Source: an uncultured virus (IMG/VR IMGVR_UViG_3300027730_000821) (lineage: Duplodnaviria; Heunggongvirae; Uroviricota; Caudoviricetes). Taken from it: DNA of 64,000 bases. The stretch lies in IMG/VR virus record IMGVR_UViG_3300027730_000821, positions 1 to 64,000 of that record, one strand, 5' to 3'. Made by a program: the position numbers and the translations under genes. Numbering within the stretch: the stretch's first letter is position 1; each line of letters opens with the position of its first letter. Below the pieces are notes generated by a model. That model saw only the letters and a list, made by a program, of their open reading frames with translations. It did no database searches and was not told the DNA's origin. Below, piece after piece: positions 10,385 to 20,885 of the stretch.

Positions 10385-11185
10385 ATGACAATGGATCATT
10401 ATAACACACTAGGCGTTGCGCGTTCAGCTACGCAAGAAGAAATCAAAAAGGCTTATCGCAAACTTGCGATGCAGCACCACCCTGATCAAGGTGGAAATCA
10501 GGATGATTTCCAACGATTGCAGGATGCCTATAGTGTGCTAGGTGATCCGCAGAAACGTTCTGTGTATGACAACCCTCCGCAGCAGTATCACTTCGGTCAA
10601 CAACCAGGTGGATTCTCATTCAATGTTAATGGATTTGACTTGAACGAGATATTCGGAGCAGCGTTCAGTCAACAATTTCAAAATCAGCAACCGCAGAAAC
10701 AGGTTTATCGTACCAGAGTAAATGTCTCGCTAAGAGATGTATATCATGGAAAAGAACAAGTATTACAATTAGGCACTCCTAAAGGTAACAAGACAATAAA
10801 AGTTACTATCCCTGCGGGTATTCAATCAGGTCAGAGCATTCGTTATGAAAACTTGATTGATGATGGTGCTTTGATTATTGAATATATCATCCAACCTGAT
10901 CTTAGATTTACTCGTGAGGGGGATAACCTCTATGCAAATATTCCCATTTCAGTGCTTGATCTTGTAGTAGGTACTAAGATGAAATTTAGAACTCTCGACG
11001 ATGTTGAACTAGACATTCACATACCGCCCAGTACACAACCTTATCAGCAAATTAGGCTAGCGGGTCACGGAATGCCCGCAGCAAATGGTGGAAAAGGGGA
11101 CCAAATACTCTTGCTAAAACCTCTGATTCCTGCTAACATCAACTCTGAAATCATTGATGCAATCAAGCGTCATCGCCCTAACTAA
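10385..11185 (+). CDS. DnaJ/CbpA-like co-chaperone
   Basis: J-domain with HPD ('KAYRKLAMQHHPD'), G/F/Q linker, C-terminal DnaJ domains, no Zn finger. Confidence 0.9.
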   Translation: MTMDHYNTLGVARSATQEEIKKAYRKLAMQHHPDQGGNQDDFQRLQDAYSVLGDPQKRSVYDNPPQQYHFGQQPGGFSFNVNGFDLNEIFGAAFSQQFQNQQPQKQVYRTRVNVSLRDVYHGKEQVLQLGTPKGNKTIKVTIPAGIQSGQSIRYENLIDDGALIIEYIIQPDLRFTREGDNLYANIPISVLDLVVGTKMKFRTLDDVELDIHIPPSTQPYQQIRLAGHGMPAANGGKGDQILLLKPLIPANINSEIIDAIKRHRPN

Positions 11186-11212
11186 ATATTTTTAAAGCAA
11201 AAGGATTAACAA

Positions 11213-13489
11213 TTGCAATCGTCACCTGAAATTGAGAATATCATTGAACGTGCCATTGAGGCAGCAAAGCAGCGCCGACATGAGTATTGTACGGTAGAGC
11301 ATCTGCTTTGGTCGTTGATTTCTCATCCTCCGTTCAAGAAGTGCTTGAACAGCTTTGGAATAGAAACCGATCTCATGATTCAAGAAGTCGAAGCATATAT
11401 TAACGGTCTTCATGCTATCGAGTCCAAGAACCCCGACTGTCAGCCGAAGCGCACTAATACACTTGAGCGTGTGATGAATCGTTCAGTCACTCAGGTGCTG
11501 TTTACAGGTCGTCGCCAGGTGATGACGATTGATCTGTATATGAGTATCATTCATGAGGGCAACAGTCATTCTCATTATTTCCTACTTAAGTATGGTGTCA
11601 ACAAGGCTGAATTTCTTAATCACTGGCAGCTGAATTACAAGGGTGGTGATTTTGCGGGTGGCATCAGCACTACTCAAGCTGACGAAATTCTTGAAGAATA
11701 CACTATCAATCTCACTGAACTTGCTCGTCAAGGAAAGCTTGAGCCTGTTATCGGCCGTGCTAAGGAAATTGACGACATCATCAATGTTCTCGCAAAGCGT
11801 TTCAAGTCTAACGTACTGATGGTCGGTGACCCGGGCGTTGGTAAAACTGCAATCGCAGAAGGTATCGCTAACGCAATCATCGCAGATGAAATTCCTGATT
11901 TCTTGTCGGGGTATGAGTTGTATTCTTTGGAAGTAGGTTCGCTGCTAGCCGGTTCTCGCTATCGCGGTGACTTCGAAGAAAAAGTCAAGAACGTAATCGA
12001 AGCATTGACTATCAAGAAGAAAGCAATCCTCTTCATTGATGAAGCGCACACCATGCAAGGTGCAGGTAATGCAGGTACTGGTGGCGGAACAGACTTCGCT
12101 AACATGCTTAAGCCAGCCATCACTAAGGGTCATCTTAAGGTCATCGCTTCTACGACTTGGGAAGAATTCTACGAATCTTTCGAAAAGGATCGTGCATTGA
12201 TGCGTCGATTCTACAGGGTCACTATTGACGAACCTTCTCGTGATTCTACCGTTCGTATTCTTAGCGGTCTCTCCACTCGCCTCAATGAATTCCATGAAGT
12301 TAACATCACGGAAGAAGCAATCGAAGCCGCAGTTGATAGTGCTGATCGTTATATTCACGACCGCAAGAACCCTGACAAGTCGATTGACTTGCTTGATGCG
12401 GCTTGTGCAAAACAACGTGTTCTTGAAAACAAGGGCGCAGAGATCACTAAGGCATTGATCCACGAGCAAGTAGAGAAGTTCACCGGGGTGCCTGCTGACA
12501 AGTTGAGCGGTGATAACTTTGATCGTATCAACAATCTCGAATTGAACGTGAAGAATAAGCTCTATGGTCAGGATGAGACTGTGGATAAGGTTCTTGAGCG
12601 TGTATACGTCTCGTTTGCGGGAATCGGTAACGACAAGAAGCCGATTGCGAGTTTCTTGTTCTTGGGCCCGACGGGCACGGGTAAAACAGAATTGGCAAAG
12701 CTGCTGTCCAAGAATTTGGATATGCCCCTTCTCAAGTATGACATGTCGGAGTACGGCGAGAAGCACAGCGTAAGCAGCTTGATTGGTCCTCCCCCGGGTT
12801 ACGTGGGCTTTAGTGATTCGCAAGTACAAGGTGGACGCTTAATCTCAGACCTGAGCAAGAACCCGCACTCTATCCTACTGTTTGACGAAGTTGAAAAGGC
12901 ACACCCTGACATCTTCAACATCTTCCTTCAGATGCTAGACGAAGGTCGTGTTACTGGTTCGAATGGTAAGGAAGTGTCAATGAAGAACTCTATCATCATT
13001 CTGACTTCTAATCTGGGGTCTGCTGACAATGAGCGTAATAGCATCGGCTTCGGCTCGCTAGAGAAGACAGGTGAAGATGACAAGGCTCTCAAGCAGTTCT
13101 TCAAGCCTGAATTCCGTAATCGTCTTGACATGGTTTGCAAGTTCAACAAGCTGGACACACTGGCTATCAAGAAGATCGTCATCAAGTTCGTCGAAGAATT
13201 GAAGAAGCCCCTGCTAGAAAAACACGCCATCGCTCTCAATCTTTCTGAGCCGGTAGTTGACTATCTTGCAGAGCAAGGTTATGACAGCAAGATGGGCGCT
13301 CGTCCTCTTGCTCGTAAGATCGATGAATTGATTCGTGTTCCGCTATCAAAGAAGATTCTCTTTGAACGTATCAACAATGCGAACGTCATGGCAGTCATGG
13401 AGAACGGTGAAATCACGTATAACGTAACGCATAAGCAAACAGCAAGGATTGGTGATGACGGTATTATCCAAGTCGAAAGTCAAGGTTAA
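11213..13489 (+). CDS. clpA: ClpA-like Hsp100 ATPase
   Basis: Clp N-domain, two AAA+ modules (GDPGVGKT, GPTGTGKT), 'DMSEY', 'PPGYVG', 'GARPL'. Confidence 0.92.
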   Translation: MQSSPEIENIIERAIEAAKQRRHEYCTVEHLLWSLISHPPFKKCLNSFGIETDLMIQEVEAYINGLHAIESKNPDCQPKRTNTLERVMNRSVTQVLFTGRRQVMTIDLYMSIIHEGNSHSHYFLLKYGVNKAEFLNHWQLNYKGGDFAGGISTTQADEILEEYTINLTELARQGKLEPVIGRAKEIDDIINVLAKRFKSNVLMVGDPGVGKTAIAEGIANAIIADEIPDFLSGYELYSLEVGSLLAGSRYRGDFEEKVKNVIEALTIKKKAILFIDEAHTMQGAGNAGTGGGTDFANMLKPAITKGHLKVIASTTWEEFYESFEKDRALMRRFYRVTIDEPSRDSTVRILSGLSTRLNEFHEVNITEEAIEAAVDSADRYIHDRKNPDKSIDLLDAACAKQRVLENKGAEITKALIHEQVEKFTGVPADKLSGDNFDRINNLELNVKNKLYGQDETVDKVLERVYVSFAGIGNDKKPIASFLFLGPTGTGKTELAKLLSKNLDMPLLKYDMSEYGEKHSVSSLIGPPPGYVGFSDSQVQGGRLISDLSKNPHSILLFDEVEKAHPDIFNIFLQMLDEGRVTGSNGKEVSMKNSIIILTSNLGSADNERNSIGFGSLEKTGEDDKALKQFFKPEFRNRLDMVCKFNKLDTLAIKKIVIKFVEELKKPLLEKHAIALNLSEPVVDYLAEQGYDSKMGARPLARKIDELIRVPLSKKILFERINNANVMAVMENGEITYNVTHKQTARIGDDGIIQVESQG

Positions 13490-14135
13490 AGACAGTAGGT
13501 GTCTATACTTCAACAAGTTTAGCTATAAAGTACGCTTGAAGGCTAACGAGTTGCAGTGCGTTCCTAGTTACGCCGGCCATATGGATAGCTTTCGGCAGAT
13601 ACTCAAAGAACGGTTAAAAACCCAAACGAATTATAGTTACTATCGAAAAAAGATCGACCGAGATAAAGTAGATTATGAAGCTGTCGAGAAGTTCTTAACT
13701 TTTCGCAATACGTACATTAAGAACAAGAATCTAGTGTCTTTTCGTCATGAAGGAAGTAGTGTTTTCATATATGCTAATGAATTAAAAATCATTAATGAGG
13801 CACTAGATATTGGTTTCACCGCTGAAGTTACTCAGGTCGTTCCCATGCCTTCCAAAGTGATTTTGTTTAAGAAGGATCCTCCTGCTGCATATAGAATATA
13901 CTGTAAAACTTCAACGCAGCCAAGTTCTATTAGACAAGAACTACTTGACTATTTGGAACGTACTCCTGATATGGTACCAAGTAGTGCATTGGAAAACTCA
14001 TTAATTAAAACTTGGCCGCGGGCATATTTTCAAAAAAGTTATTATTTTGACTACAACGACGATAGAAACACCCTAGTGATGCATCTATTGTTTCCAAACC
14101 TTTTGGGTGAATCTTACAAATTAGAAAAGAAGTAG
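13449..14135 (+). CDS. Hypothetical protein
   Basis: 228-aa ORF; start uncertain. Confidence 0.55.
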   Translation: MVMTVLSKSKVKVKDSRCLYFNKFSYKVRLKANELQCVPSYAGHMDSFRQILKERLKTQTNYSYYRKKIDRDKVDYEAVEKFLTFRNTYIKNKNLVSFRHEGSSVFIYANELKIINEALDIGFTAEVTQVVPMPSKVILFKKDPPAAYRIYCKTSTQPSSIRQELLDYLERTPDMVPSSALENSLIKTWPRAYFQKSYYFDYNDDRNTLVMHLLFPNLLGESYKLEKK

Positions 14136-14172
14136 GGTTGAGATAAATACTCTTATAATAACGGAGTATTTT

Positions 14173-14337
14173 ATGGCCAAAATGATTGAGGATGTAGTTG
14201 TCATCAAGTTATCTAAACTTGTTAAAGACAGCGATACCGCAACTGCAATTGTCACAGAAGATGTGCAAGCTGCATTAGAACAAGTAGCTCAAGAACTCGC
14301 TGGCGAAGGTGTCTTGGTAGAAGTTGAGAAAGCGTAA
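14173..14337 (+). CDS. Small hypothetical protein (54 aa, not in ORF track)
   Basis: ATAAATA and GGAG upstream; MAKMIEDVVVIKLSKLVKD...VEVEKA*; TAATG overlap with next gene. Confidence 0.7.
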   Translation: MAKMIEDVVVIKLSKLVKDSDTATAIVTEDVQAALEQVAQELAGEGVLVEVEKA

Positions 14338-14723
14338 TGGCTCAATCTACTACCTTGATCCTTCTGCCGCAAACGGCCTATGCTAATCCGGGCAACGGTG
14401 CGCCCTATACGGTAACTGGTAACTCGCAGCCCGGAGCAGGATATTATCTAGGTAATAGAGATTTACAGACTGTCAACATCAGTCTTTCTAGCTGCGTGGG
14501 TAACATTGTTATCGAAGCTACTCTTGCTACAGCCCCGAACGATGTTGACTGGTTCAAAGTTTACGAACTAGAAGCAAATGCATTTGCTCCGGCTAATTCT
14601 GTCCCGCAACTCGCATCCAATGCTTCACTATACACCAACGTTGAAGGTAACTTCGTCTATCTGAGAGCTAAAGTAGAAGACTTTCAGAACGGCGGGGTCA
14701 ATTACGTCAAATTATCATATTAA
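14337..14723 (+). CDS. Hypothetical, probably structural beta-rich protein
   Basis: 128 aa; coupled to upstream gene. Confidence 0.6.
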   Translation: MAQSTTLILLPQTAYANPGNGAPYTVTGNSQPGAGYYLGNRDLQTVNISLSSCVGNIVIEATLATAPNDVDWFKVYELEANAFAPANSVPQLASNASLYTNVEGNFVYLRAKVEDFQNGGVNYVKLSY

Positions 14724-14736
14724 AGAAAGAGATAAA

Positions 14737-14922
14737 ATGGAAACAACAATCAACATGAAGGCTCAATTCGAAGCTTTCCTCGCAGAAAACGAAAAGTTTG
14801 AAAAGGGTAATAGTGCTGCCGGCACTCGTGCCCGCAAGGCACTTGGTGAACTTGCAAAGCTTTGCAAGGCCCGCCGTAACGAAATCACTGAAGAAAAGAA
14901 CGCACGTAAAGAAGCGAAGTAA
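14737..14922 (+). CDS. Hc1-like small basic DNA-binding protein
   Basis: 'KFEKGNSAAGTRARKALGELAKLCKARRNEI' resembles histone H1-like Hc1 N-terminus. Confidence 0.65.
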   Translation: METTINMKAQFEAFLAENEKFEKGNSAAGTRARKALGELAKLCKARRNEITEEKNARKEAK

Positions 14923-14937
14923 AACCGAGTTACTGAT

Positions 14938-17900
14938 GTGAAGATTTCTCAGATCATCGTAGAAAACCGCAAACGCTTAGTAGAAGGCGGAAACCTTGCT
15001 ATCCGTGGTCATGAGGCAGAACATCTTGATCTTAAGGTAACTAACAGAGGATACATTGTTCCTATTCTGAACAATCTTCTAGCATCTATCGATGCAGCCT
15101 TTGCTAAACAATTCAAAAAGCCATTATGGAGCCCTGAGCTACTAAAGAGCGGGGAGTTTCTGAGCGGGTCTAGCTTGCACTTCTTTAATGTGCAGGGCAT
15201 TCCTGATGAGACATTCGTATCCAAGAAGCCTACTGTAGGTGATATGGACACAATGGTTAATAAAGAGCTAGAGGCTGAACTAAGTCAGTTCCTAACTCAA
15301 AACGAAGATAAGCAGATAGGCCCTGCAGTCTTGAGAGGCTTTCAGCGTGGCAACGAACAGTTCAGTTCACTCTGGGAGCTTCAAGACCCTCCCATCAAGA
15401 TTCAAATTGACTTTGAGTTCGTAGAATTTGAAGGTGAAAAGCCAACTGACTGGGCACGTTTCAGTCATAGTTCAGCTTGGGATGATCTACAAGCAGGCGT
15501 AAAGGGCGTATTCCATAAGCTATTGATTCAAGCATTCACTGCATTGACTCGTAAAGAGTTTTACTTACGTAAACTGGTAGGTCGCGGTAAGGCACGCCAG
15601 GAAGAAGATGTACCTACAGTAGATAACATGTATAGCTTTGCAGTGTCATCTAAAGAAGGTGGCGGCTTACGAGCAAAGTACGATCCGGTCATAGATGCGA
15701 CAACCGGCAAGCCAGAAATCAAAGACGGCAAGCCAGTAATGAGAGCGGCACCTACATCGGGCTATATTCAAGATATTGGAAATATTTTTCAAACTGTTCT
15801 TGGTAAGCGTTTGGACCCTAAGAAGGTACAAGAACTATCAAAGAACTTTTGGTCATTCTCTGGCTTGCTTGACGTAATGAACCAGTTACTTTCTCCAGAC
15901 GAAAAGAATCATGTTGTACAAGCGTTCCTGCTGAAAGTAATTGGACCCGGTGCTCAGGGTATGTATAAGAACAACCCCGACAAAGATAAAGCAGAGAAAG
16001 CTACTGCTATCAATCACCTACTTAAAGTATTAAAGGTACCTAAGCCAGCTAATCTTGATCAGATGATGAAAGACTACTATGCTGGTTATAGGATGACTTC
16101 TGCTGACGAAGCGGGTGAAAAGACTAACGAAATCGTCAAGGGCATGGCAAAGAATGCGCTAGATGAGAATGCTCCTAACTATAAGCGCAAGGGCATTCCG
16201 CATATCTACAATCCCGGAAGCAGCGTCGAAATGAAAGATGCCGACTTCATTCGCATGTGCCAAGAAATTGCGGGCATGGGCGGAAAGCTCGACGGTGCTC
16301 CTATCAATCTCAAAGTAGACGGTGCTGGTATTCGCTTCGGTAAAGACGAACAGGGCAAACCATTCTTCATGACTTCTAAGGTCACTGATCCTAAGTATGC
16401 TGAGGACTACGGTGATTTTGAGCAATTTGGTACCGTTATGGGGCAGGATCCTGAGCGCCTTGAGTTCACGAAGAAGTATGATGAAGCCCTAAAGACTATC
16501 GTATCAGCAGACTTTATCAAGCGTCTTCCCGCTGACACTATCGTTCAAGCAGAAATGCTATTCATGCCGATGGGCAAGCAAGCAGAAGACGGTATCACAT
16601 TCGTAAATATTCCATATGATCAAAAGAAGTTAGGGACTATCATGACCTTAGTTCCATTCAGCGTGAAGACTTTTAGCACAGGTGAGCCAAAGCCCGACGC
16701 TGCTAAGATCAAGCAAGAATTGCTAAGAGATAGCACTAAAGAAATCAAGATCGTAAACAATCAATTAAATCAACGTGACCTAGATGTAAGCCCCGTCATC
16801 AACCCTATTGTTAGGAATGCAGATGCATTACTGGCTGCTGTAAAGTCGCGCGGCGAATCAGAACAGAAGACTAAAGCAAAAGAGATCCTATCTCATGCTC
16901 GTAAACAATTAAGTGATGCTATTATTAATAGTCCAAGACTAGAAGGTAAGGATCAATTAGGTAATATGATCGAAGGCCTAGTCCTTAATCTACCTAGTGG
17001 GTTGCTTGCTAAAGTAACTAGTACTGATATGAAAGAAAAGATGGCTGTAAAGCAAGCAGCTAACAGAAAACCAACTGAGAATAATCGCTCTAAGCCAGCA
17101 GTCGTTACTGTTGGTAGCTTTGTCGGTCACCGAGGTCATGAACAACTAATCAATCAAACCATCGATACTGCGAAGAAAGTCGGCGGTGACCCGTATATCT
17201 TTGTCAGCCCAGTAGTTGGTCACGACGATCCTATTCCACCTGATATGAAGTTGCAGACACTACGCAAGCTCTATCCTGAATATGCTAACAATATTCAGTT
17301 GTGGAATGCTCAGGGTACTCCAATGAAGAAGATCGAAAAGGAACTAGTTATTCCTGAGAATAGTCCTTATAATAAGATCATTTTACTTGTAGGTAGTGAT
17401 CGTTACGACAGCATGAAGAATTGGATGGACTCTCTTGAAAAGAGAATGAAGGATCCGGCAGCAGTTGCTAAGTACGGCGGAACACAAGATCAAGTAGACT
17501 TTGAAACTATCAGAACAGAACGTGAAGCAGGCAAGGGTGGAACTGGAATCAGCTTTACTATGCTCCGTGATATTCTAAAGGATCCGAATGCTAGTGAAGA
17601 AGCTAAACTACAGTTATGGTCTAGCGCGTTTGACTCTAAGAAATTGGGCACGGCTTGGATCAAGAATCTCATGCACATCGCATCCGCCGGAATCAAGCAT
17701 AAAAAGATTAAAGAATTCGTCCAGAGAATCAAACCTCTCATCAATGAGGCCACGCCAGAACAGAAAGCTAAGTTCGTTAAATTGTTGAGTGAAGCTAAAG
17801 CTCAATTAGACGAGTACAATATCCCAGGAACTAAGAAATTTATTCAGCAAGCGCACGACACAGAGCAAGGTCAGATGTACGGTGATAGGCCATATTCATC

Positions 17901-18336
17901 ACATCCTAGACAAGTTGCTGCGATTGGTAGAAGATTTTTTGGTTCTAGATTCAATGCAGAAGCATTTAAAGTAGCTCTACTGCATGATGTACTAGAGGAT
18001 ACACCATACAAGCCCGAAGACTTAGCTGAACGAGGATTCAGTCCAGCCGTGATCCAAGCAGTGCAGTTGCTCACGAAAGATAAGTCATTGTCTTATTCTG
18101 ACAATATCCGTAAGATCATCAATAGTAAGAACCCTCTTGCTATGATGGTAAAGTATAGTGACAATTATATGAACTATACTGGTGACAAGTCACACTGGGC
18201 TCCCGAAAGGGCCGCAGCCTCGCAGAAGAAATACCTAGCAAGCTTGAATATGCTAGGTGATGTCTTGGGCGTTGAGCATCATGTAGAAGAAAAAAGTAGT
18301 TTAACCGAAAACAGCGATTATTTAGAAGAAAAATAA
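14938..18336 (+). CDS. Multidomain protein with HxGH nucleotidyltransferase-like domain and C-terminal RelA/SpoT-type HD hydrolase
   Basis: 'VTVGSFVGHRGH...LLVGSDR' (HxGH); 'PYSSHP...ALLHDVLEDT...VQLLTK...VKYSDN' (Mesh1/SpoT HD). Confidence 0.7.
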   Translation: MKISQIIVENRKRLVEGGNLAIRGHEAEHLDLKVTNRGYIVPILNNLLASIDAAFAKQFKKPLWSPELLKSGEFLSGSSLHFFNVQGIPDETFVSKKPTVGDMDTMVNKELEAELSQFLTQNEDKQIGPAVLRGFQRGNEQFSSLWELQDPPIKIQIDFEFVEFEGEKPTDWARFSHSSAWDDLQAGVKGVFHKLLIQAFTALTRKEFYLRKLVGRGKARQEEDVPTVDNMYSFAVSSKEGGGLRAKYDPVIDATTGKPEIKDGKPVMRAAPTSGYIQDIGNIFQTVLGKRLDPKKVQELSKNFWSFSGLLDVMNQLLSPDEKNHVVQAFLLKVIGPGAQGMYKNNPDKDKAEKATAINHLLKVLKVPKPANLDQMMKDYYAGYRMTSADEAGEKTNEIVKGMAKNALDENAPNYKRKGIPHIYNPGSSVEMKDADFIRMCQEIAGMGGKLDGAPINLKVDGAGIRFGKDEQGKPFFMTSKVTDPKYAEDYGDFEQFGTVMGQDPERLEFTKKYDEALKTIVSADFIKRLPADTIVQAEMLFMPMGKQAEDGITFVNIPYDQKKLGTIMTLVPFSVKTFSTGEPKPDAAKIKQELLRDSTKEIKIVNNQLNQRDLDVSPVINPIVRNADALLAAVKSRGESEQKTKAKEILSHARKQLSDAIINSPRLEGKDQLGNMIEGLVLNLPSGLLAKVTSTDMKEKMAVKQAANRKPTENNRSKPAVVTVGSFVGHRGHEQLINQTIDTAKKVGGDPYIFVSPVVGHDDPIPPDMKLQTLRKLYPEYANNIQLWNAQGTPMKKIEKELVIPENSPYNKIILLVGSDRYDSMKNWMDSLEKRMKDPAAVAKYGGTQDQVDFETIRTEREAGKGGTGISFTMLRDILKDPNASEEAKLQLWSSAFDSKKLGTAWIKNLMHIASAGIKHKKIKEFVQRIKPLINEATPEQKAKFVKLLSEAKAQLDEYNIPGTKKFIQQAHDTEQGQMYGDRPYSSHPRQVAAIGRRFFGSRFNAEAFKVALLHDVLEDTPYKPEDLAERGFSPAVIQAVQLLTKDKSLSYSDNIRKIINSKNPLAMMVKYSDNYMNYTGDKSHWAPERAAASQKKYLASLNMLGDVLGVEHHVEEKSSLTENSDYLEEK

Positions 18337-18399
18337 TTTCACCCCCTTCTCACTGTGTAAATATCATTGTTAGTTGCACATTTTCAAGAAGAGGACTAC

Positions 18400-19317
18400 A
18401 TGGCACGTAAACCAACAAAGACTAAGAACGCTTCGGAAGAAGCAACCATTCCTGTAGAGCAATTGCAGGAAGCTGTTCAGGAAATCACTGAACAGCAAGC
18501 TCAGAATCAGCAGCCACAAGAAGGTCAAGTTCAAGTTAACGTAGACTTCCTACGTACGACTAAGGTTCATATCGCAATGCCTTGTTACGGTGGTATGTTG
18601 ACTGAATCAACATTCATGTCGTTCATCAAGTGGGCAAACACTGCTCGTCAGTTAGGCATCGACTGGACGCTTGAGACGATGGTTAATGAATCGCTTATCA
18701 GTAGAGCTAGAAATACTCTCACTGCTAAGTTCCTAGACATGCCCGAAGCAACCCACTTGTTCTTCGTTGACGCTGATATCGGTTGGGAGCCCTGGCACTT
18801 GCTAGTCCTCTTGAACAGGGACGTTGACGTTATCGGCGGACTATATCCAATGAAGACGATGCCCATCAAGTGGGTTGTCAACGGGTTTGAGGGTGCAGAA
18901 GAAGGTCCGGATGGCCTTCAAGAAGTATCAAAGGCAGGTACTGGCTTCCTTCTCATGAAGAAGCATGTATTCGGTAAGATGAACGGTCACCCGGCCGTTA
19001 AGCAGTATAAGAACGACATCGGTCTTGATCCAAAGTACGACCAGTACTTGAAGACTTACTTCGACACTGCTGTTCGTCAGAATCGCTACTACAGTGAAGA
19101 CTGGACGTTCTGCGAGAACTGGCGTGATATCGGTGGTAAGATTTGGGTTGACAAGCGTGTGTTGCTCCGTCACTCTGGCTCTTACGTGTTCTGTATGGAA
19201 AATCAACAGCATCTAATGGACACGGTTGGTCCAATGTATGTCGAAGCTCAAGCGGCTAAGGCAGCGGCAGAAGCAGCACAAGCTGTTACACCAGAAGCTA
19301 CGCCGCCCGAGGCATAA
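18400..19317 (+). CDS. GT-A fold glycosyltransferase-like protein
   Basis: 'SLISRARN', 'FFVDADI' DxD, 'GTGFLL', 'SEDWTFC'; GAGG RBS before ATG 18400. Confidence 0.7.
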   Translation: MARKPTKTKNASEEATIPVEQLQEAVQEITEQQAQNQQPQEGQVQVNVDFLRTTKVHIAMPCYGGMLTESTFMSFIKWANTARQLGIDWTLETMVNESLISRARNTLTAKFLDMPEATHLFFVDADIGWEPWHLLVLLNRDVDVIGGLYPMKTMPIKWVVNGFEGAEEGPDGLQEVSKAGTGFLLMKKHVFGKMNGHPAVKQYKNDIGLDPKYDQYLKTYFDTAVRQNRYYSEDWTFCENWRDIGGKIWVDKRVLLRHSGSYVFCMENQQHLMDTVGPMYVEAQAAKAAAEAAQAVTPEATPPEA

Positions 19318-19341
19318 TACTACGATAATGTATGCTACACT

Positions 19342-19370
19342 AAGAGGCCTCAGAAATGGGGCCTCTTTTT
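19342..19370 (+). terminator. Rho-independent terminator
   Basis: AAGAGGCCTC-AGAAAT-GGGGCCTCTT followed by T-run. Confidence 0.8.
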
Positions 19371-19413
19371 GTTTCTAAGATAAATACATTATCAACGGAA
19401 TGGATGACCACCT

Positions 19414-20835
19414 ATGAAAATTACAGATATTTGCGAATCAACAACTTCAGGCTCAGTTGCTACTGTAGCAGCCCCAATGAACGGCGGACCACTAAAGCGT
19501 TCTGCTGTAGGAAAAGGCGTGTACGGAAAAGAACCAGCAGGTAGTTTGTTTACTGGTAAGAAGACTTCAAAGAAATTTGCCAATAGCAAACTTAATGAAG
19601 AAGGTGGCTTTCCAGGCGAGAGCGTGACAGTTATTTATATTGACGATAAACCTGTCGTACAGTACGCTAAACCTGAAGAAGCTGATAAAGCACTAAAGCT
19701 TCTTCGGAAGAAACACCCCGAAGCGAAAATTAAATATAAGCAGGAAGTCAAAGAAGCTGGGATGCCTTCACCAGTCATCAAGCATAAGCAAAAACTAGCA
19801 GGAATGTCTGACGCTGAACTAGCAGAACGTCTTAAAGACAAGTCAGATGATGAATTGAAAAAGATGGCAGAGAGACACGGTTACGGTAAGATGAGTCCTC
19901 ACTATGTGAGTCGTGTCAACAAAGGTAAAAAAATTAATGAAAACGAATTGCAAGAAACCGATCTAATCATCGGGCCGGGACAAGGCCATAGATTAAAGAG
20001 TGGTTTTATTTCACGCGCCGAAGATCGCCGTGATCACGAAGTTGAGATGGCACGCAGTGACCTGCATCAAGCTCACAAAAATTCAAGTAAGATTCACCGA
20101 TTAATCAAGAACGTTTCTGAAGACGATGGGCTTGAAGGCTGGGTACAAGCTAAGATCACTAAAGCAGCAGATTATCTAAACTCAGTTTGTCAGTATCTTG
20201 AAGGTAAACAACTTCAGGAAATGACCGGCGGTGTTATCGCCGGGGGCGGAGTTGGTGAAAGTTATAGCAGTGGAAATAAGTCTTATAACGCAACAGTAAG
20301 TCACCGATTTGCAAACAGATTTGGGTATGATTCAGATTATCAAGCGACCAAATATAAAGCTAACAAATATGATCCAAAAACTGGTCTAGGAGGATATGTT
20401 GCTCCGCATGTTTATAATACCAGAGATGAATCAAACATCATGATTCAGTTGCAGAAAAATATTAATTCAAATCGTGCATCACCGCTAGAATTTAAAGATG
20501 GCAGTACACTAGAAATTGGACCTTCTGCTGCAATCGCGGCATTGAATAGGATTGCTTCAATGAAAGCGGCAGAAAAGCACGAAACAGTTAAAAATCTTGC
20601 GTTGTCAAAAAATAATTTTATTAGTTTTCTAAATAACGTTGATCAGTTGGAAGAAGGCATGGGTCTTAAGCAGCTTGCAGCCGCAGCCGCAGCAATAGGC
20701 TACATGCTTGTCCCAAATAACGTTGGTGATGGAACAAGCGGTAGATCATCGGCTGACCGGGCATATGACACCTATCTATCGCAAACTCCCGATCATCTGA
20801 TACCGAGGTATACGACTCCCACTAAAGGCAAGTAA
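19414..20835 (+). CDS. Modular putative head-internal protein
   Basis: 'MKITDICES' leader, ATAAATA upstream, modules separated by (L/I)xE linkers. Confidence 0.55.
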   Translation: MKITDICESTTSGSVATVAAPMNGGPLKRSAVGKGVYGKEPAGSLFTGKKTSKKFANSKLNEEGGFPGESVTVIYIDDKPVVQYAKPEEADKALKLLRKKHPEAKIKYKQEVKEAGMPSPVIKHKQKLAGMSDAELAERLKDKSDDELKKMAERHGYGKMSPHYVSRVNKGKKINENELQETDLIIGPGQGHRLKSGFISRAEDRRDHEVEMARSDLHQAHKNSSKIHRLIKNVSEDDGLEGWVQAKITKAADYLNSVCQYLEGKQLQEMTGGVIAGGGVGESYSSGNKSYNATVSHRFANRFGYDSDYQATKYKANKYDPKTGLGGYVAPHVYNTRDESNIMIQLQKNINSNRASPLEFKDGSTLEIGPSAAIAALNRIASMKAAEKHETVKNLALSKNNFISFLNNVDQLEEGMGLKQLAAAAAAIGYMLVPNNVGDGTSGRSSADRAYDTYLSQTPDHLIPRYTTPTKGK

Positions 20836-20885
20836 TCATGAGTTCTATTCGCAAAAGCATGATTGTTAGCGGAGGGGTAGGATAA

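Noticed and set aside
11945..12829. 294-aa minus-strand ORF
   Set aside because: Shadow of the clpA coding strand; no motifs.
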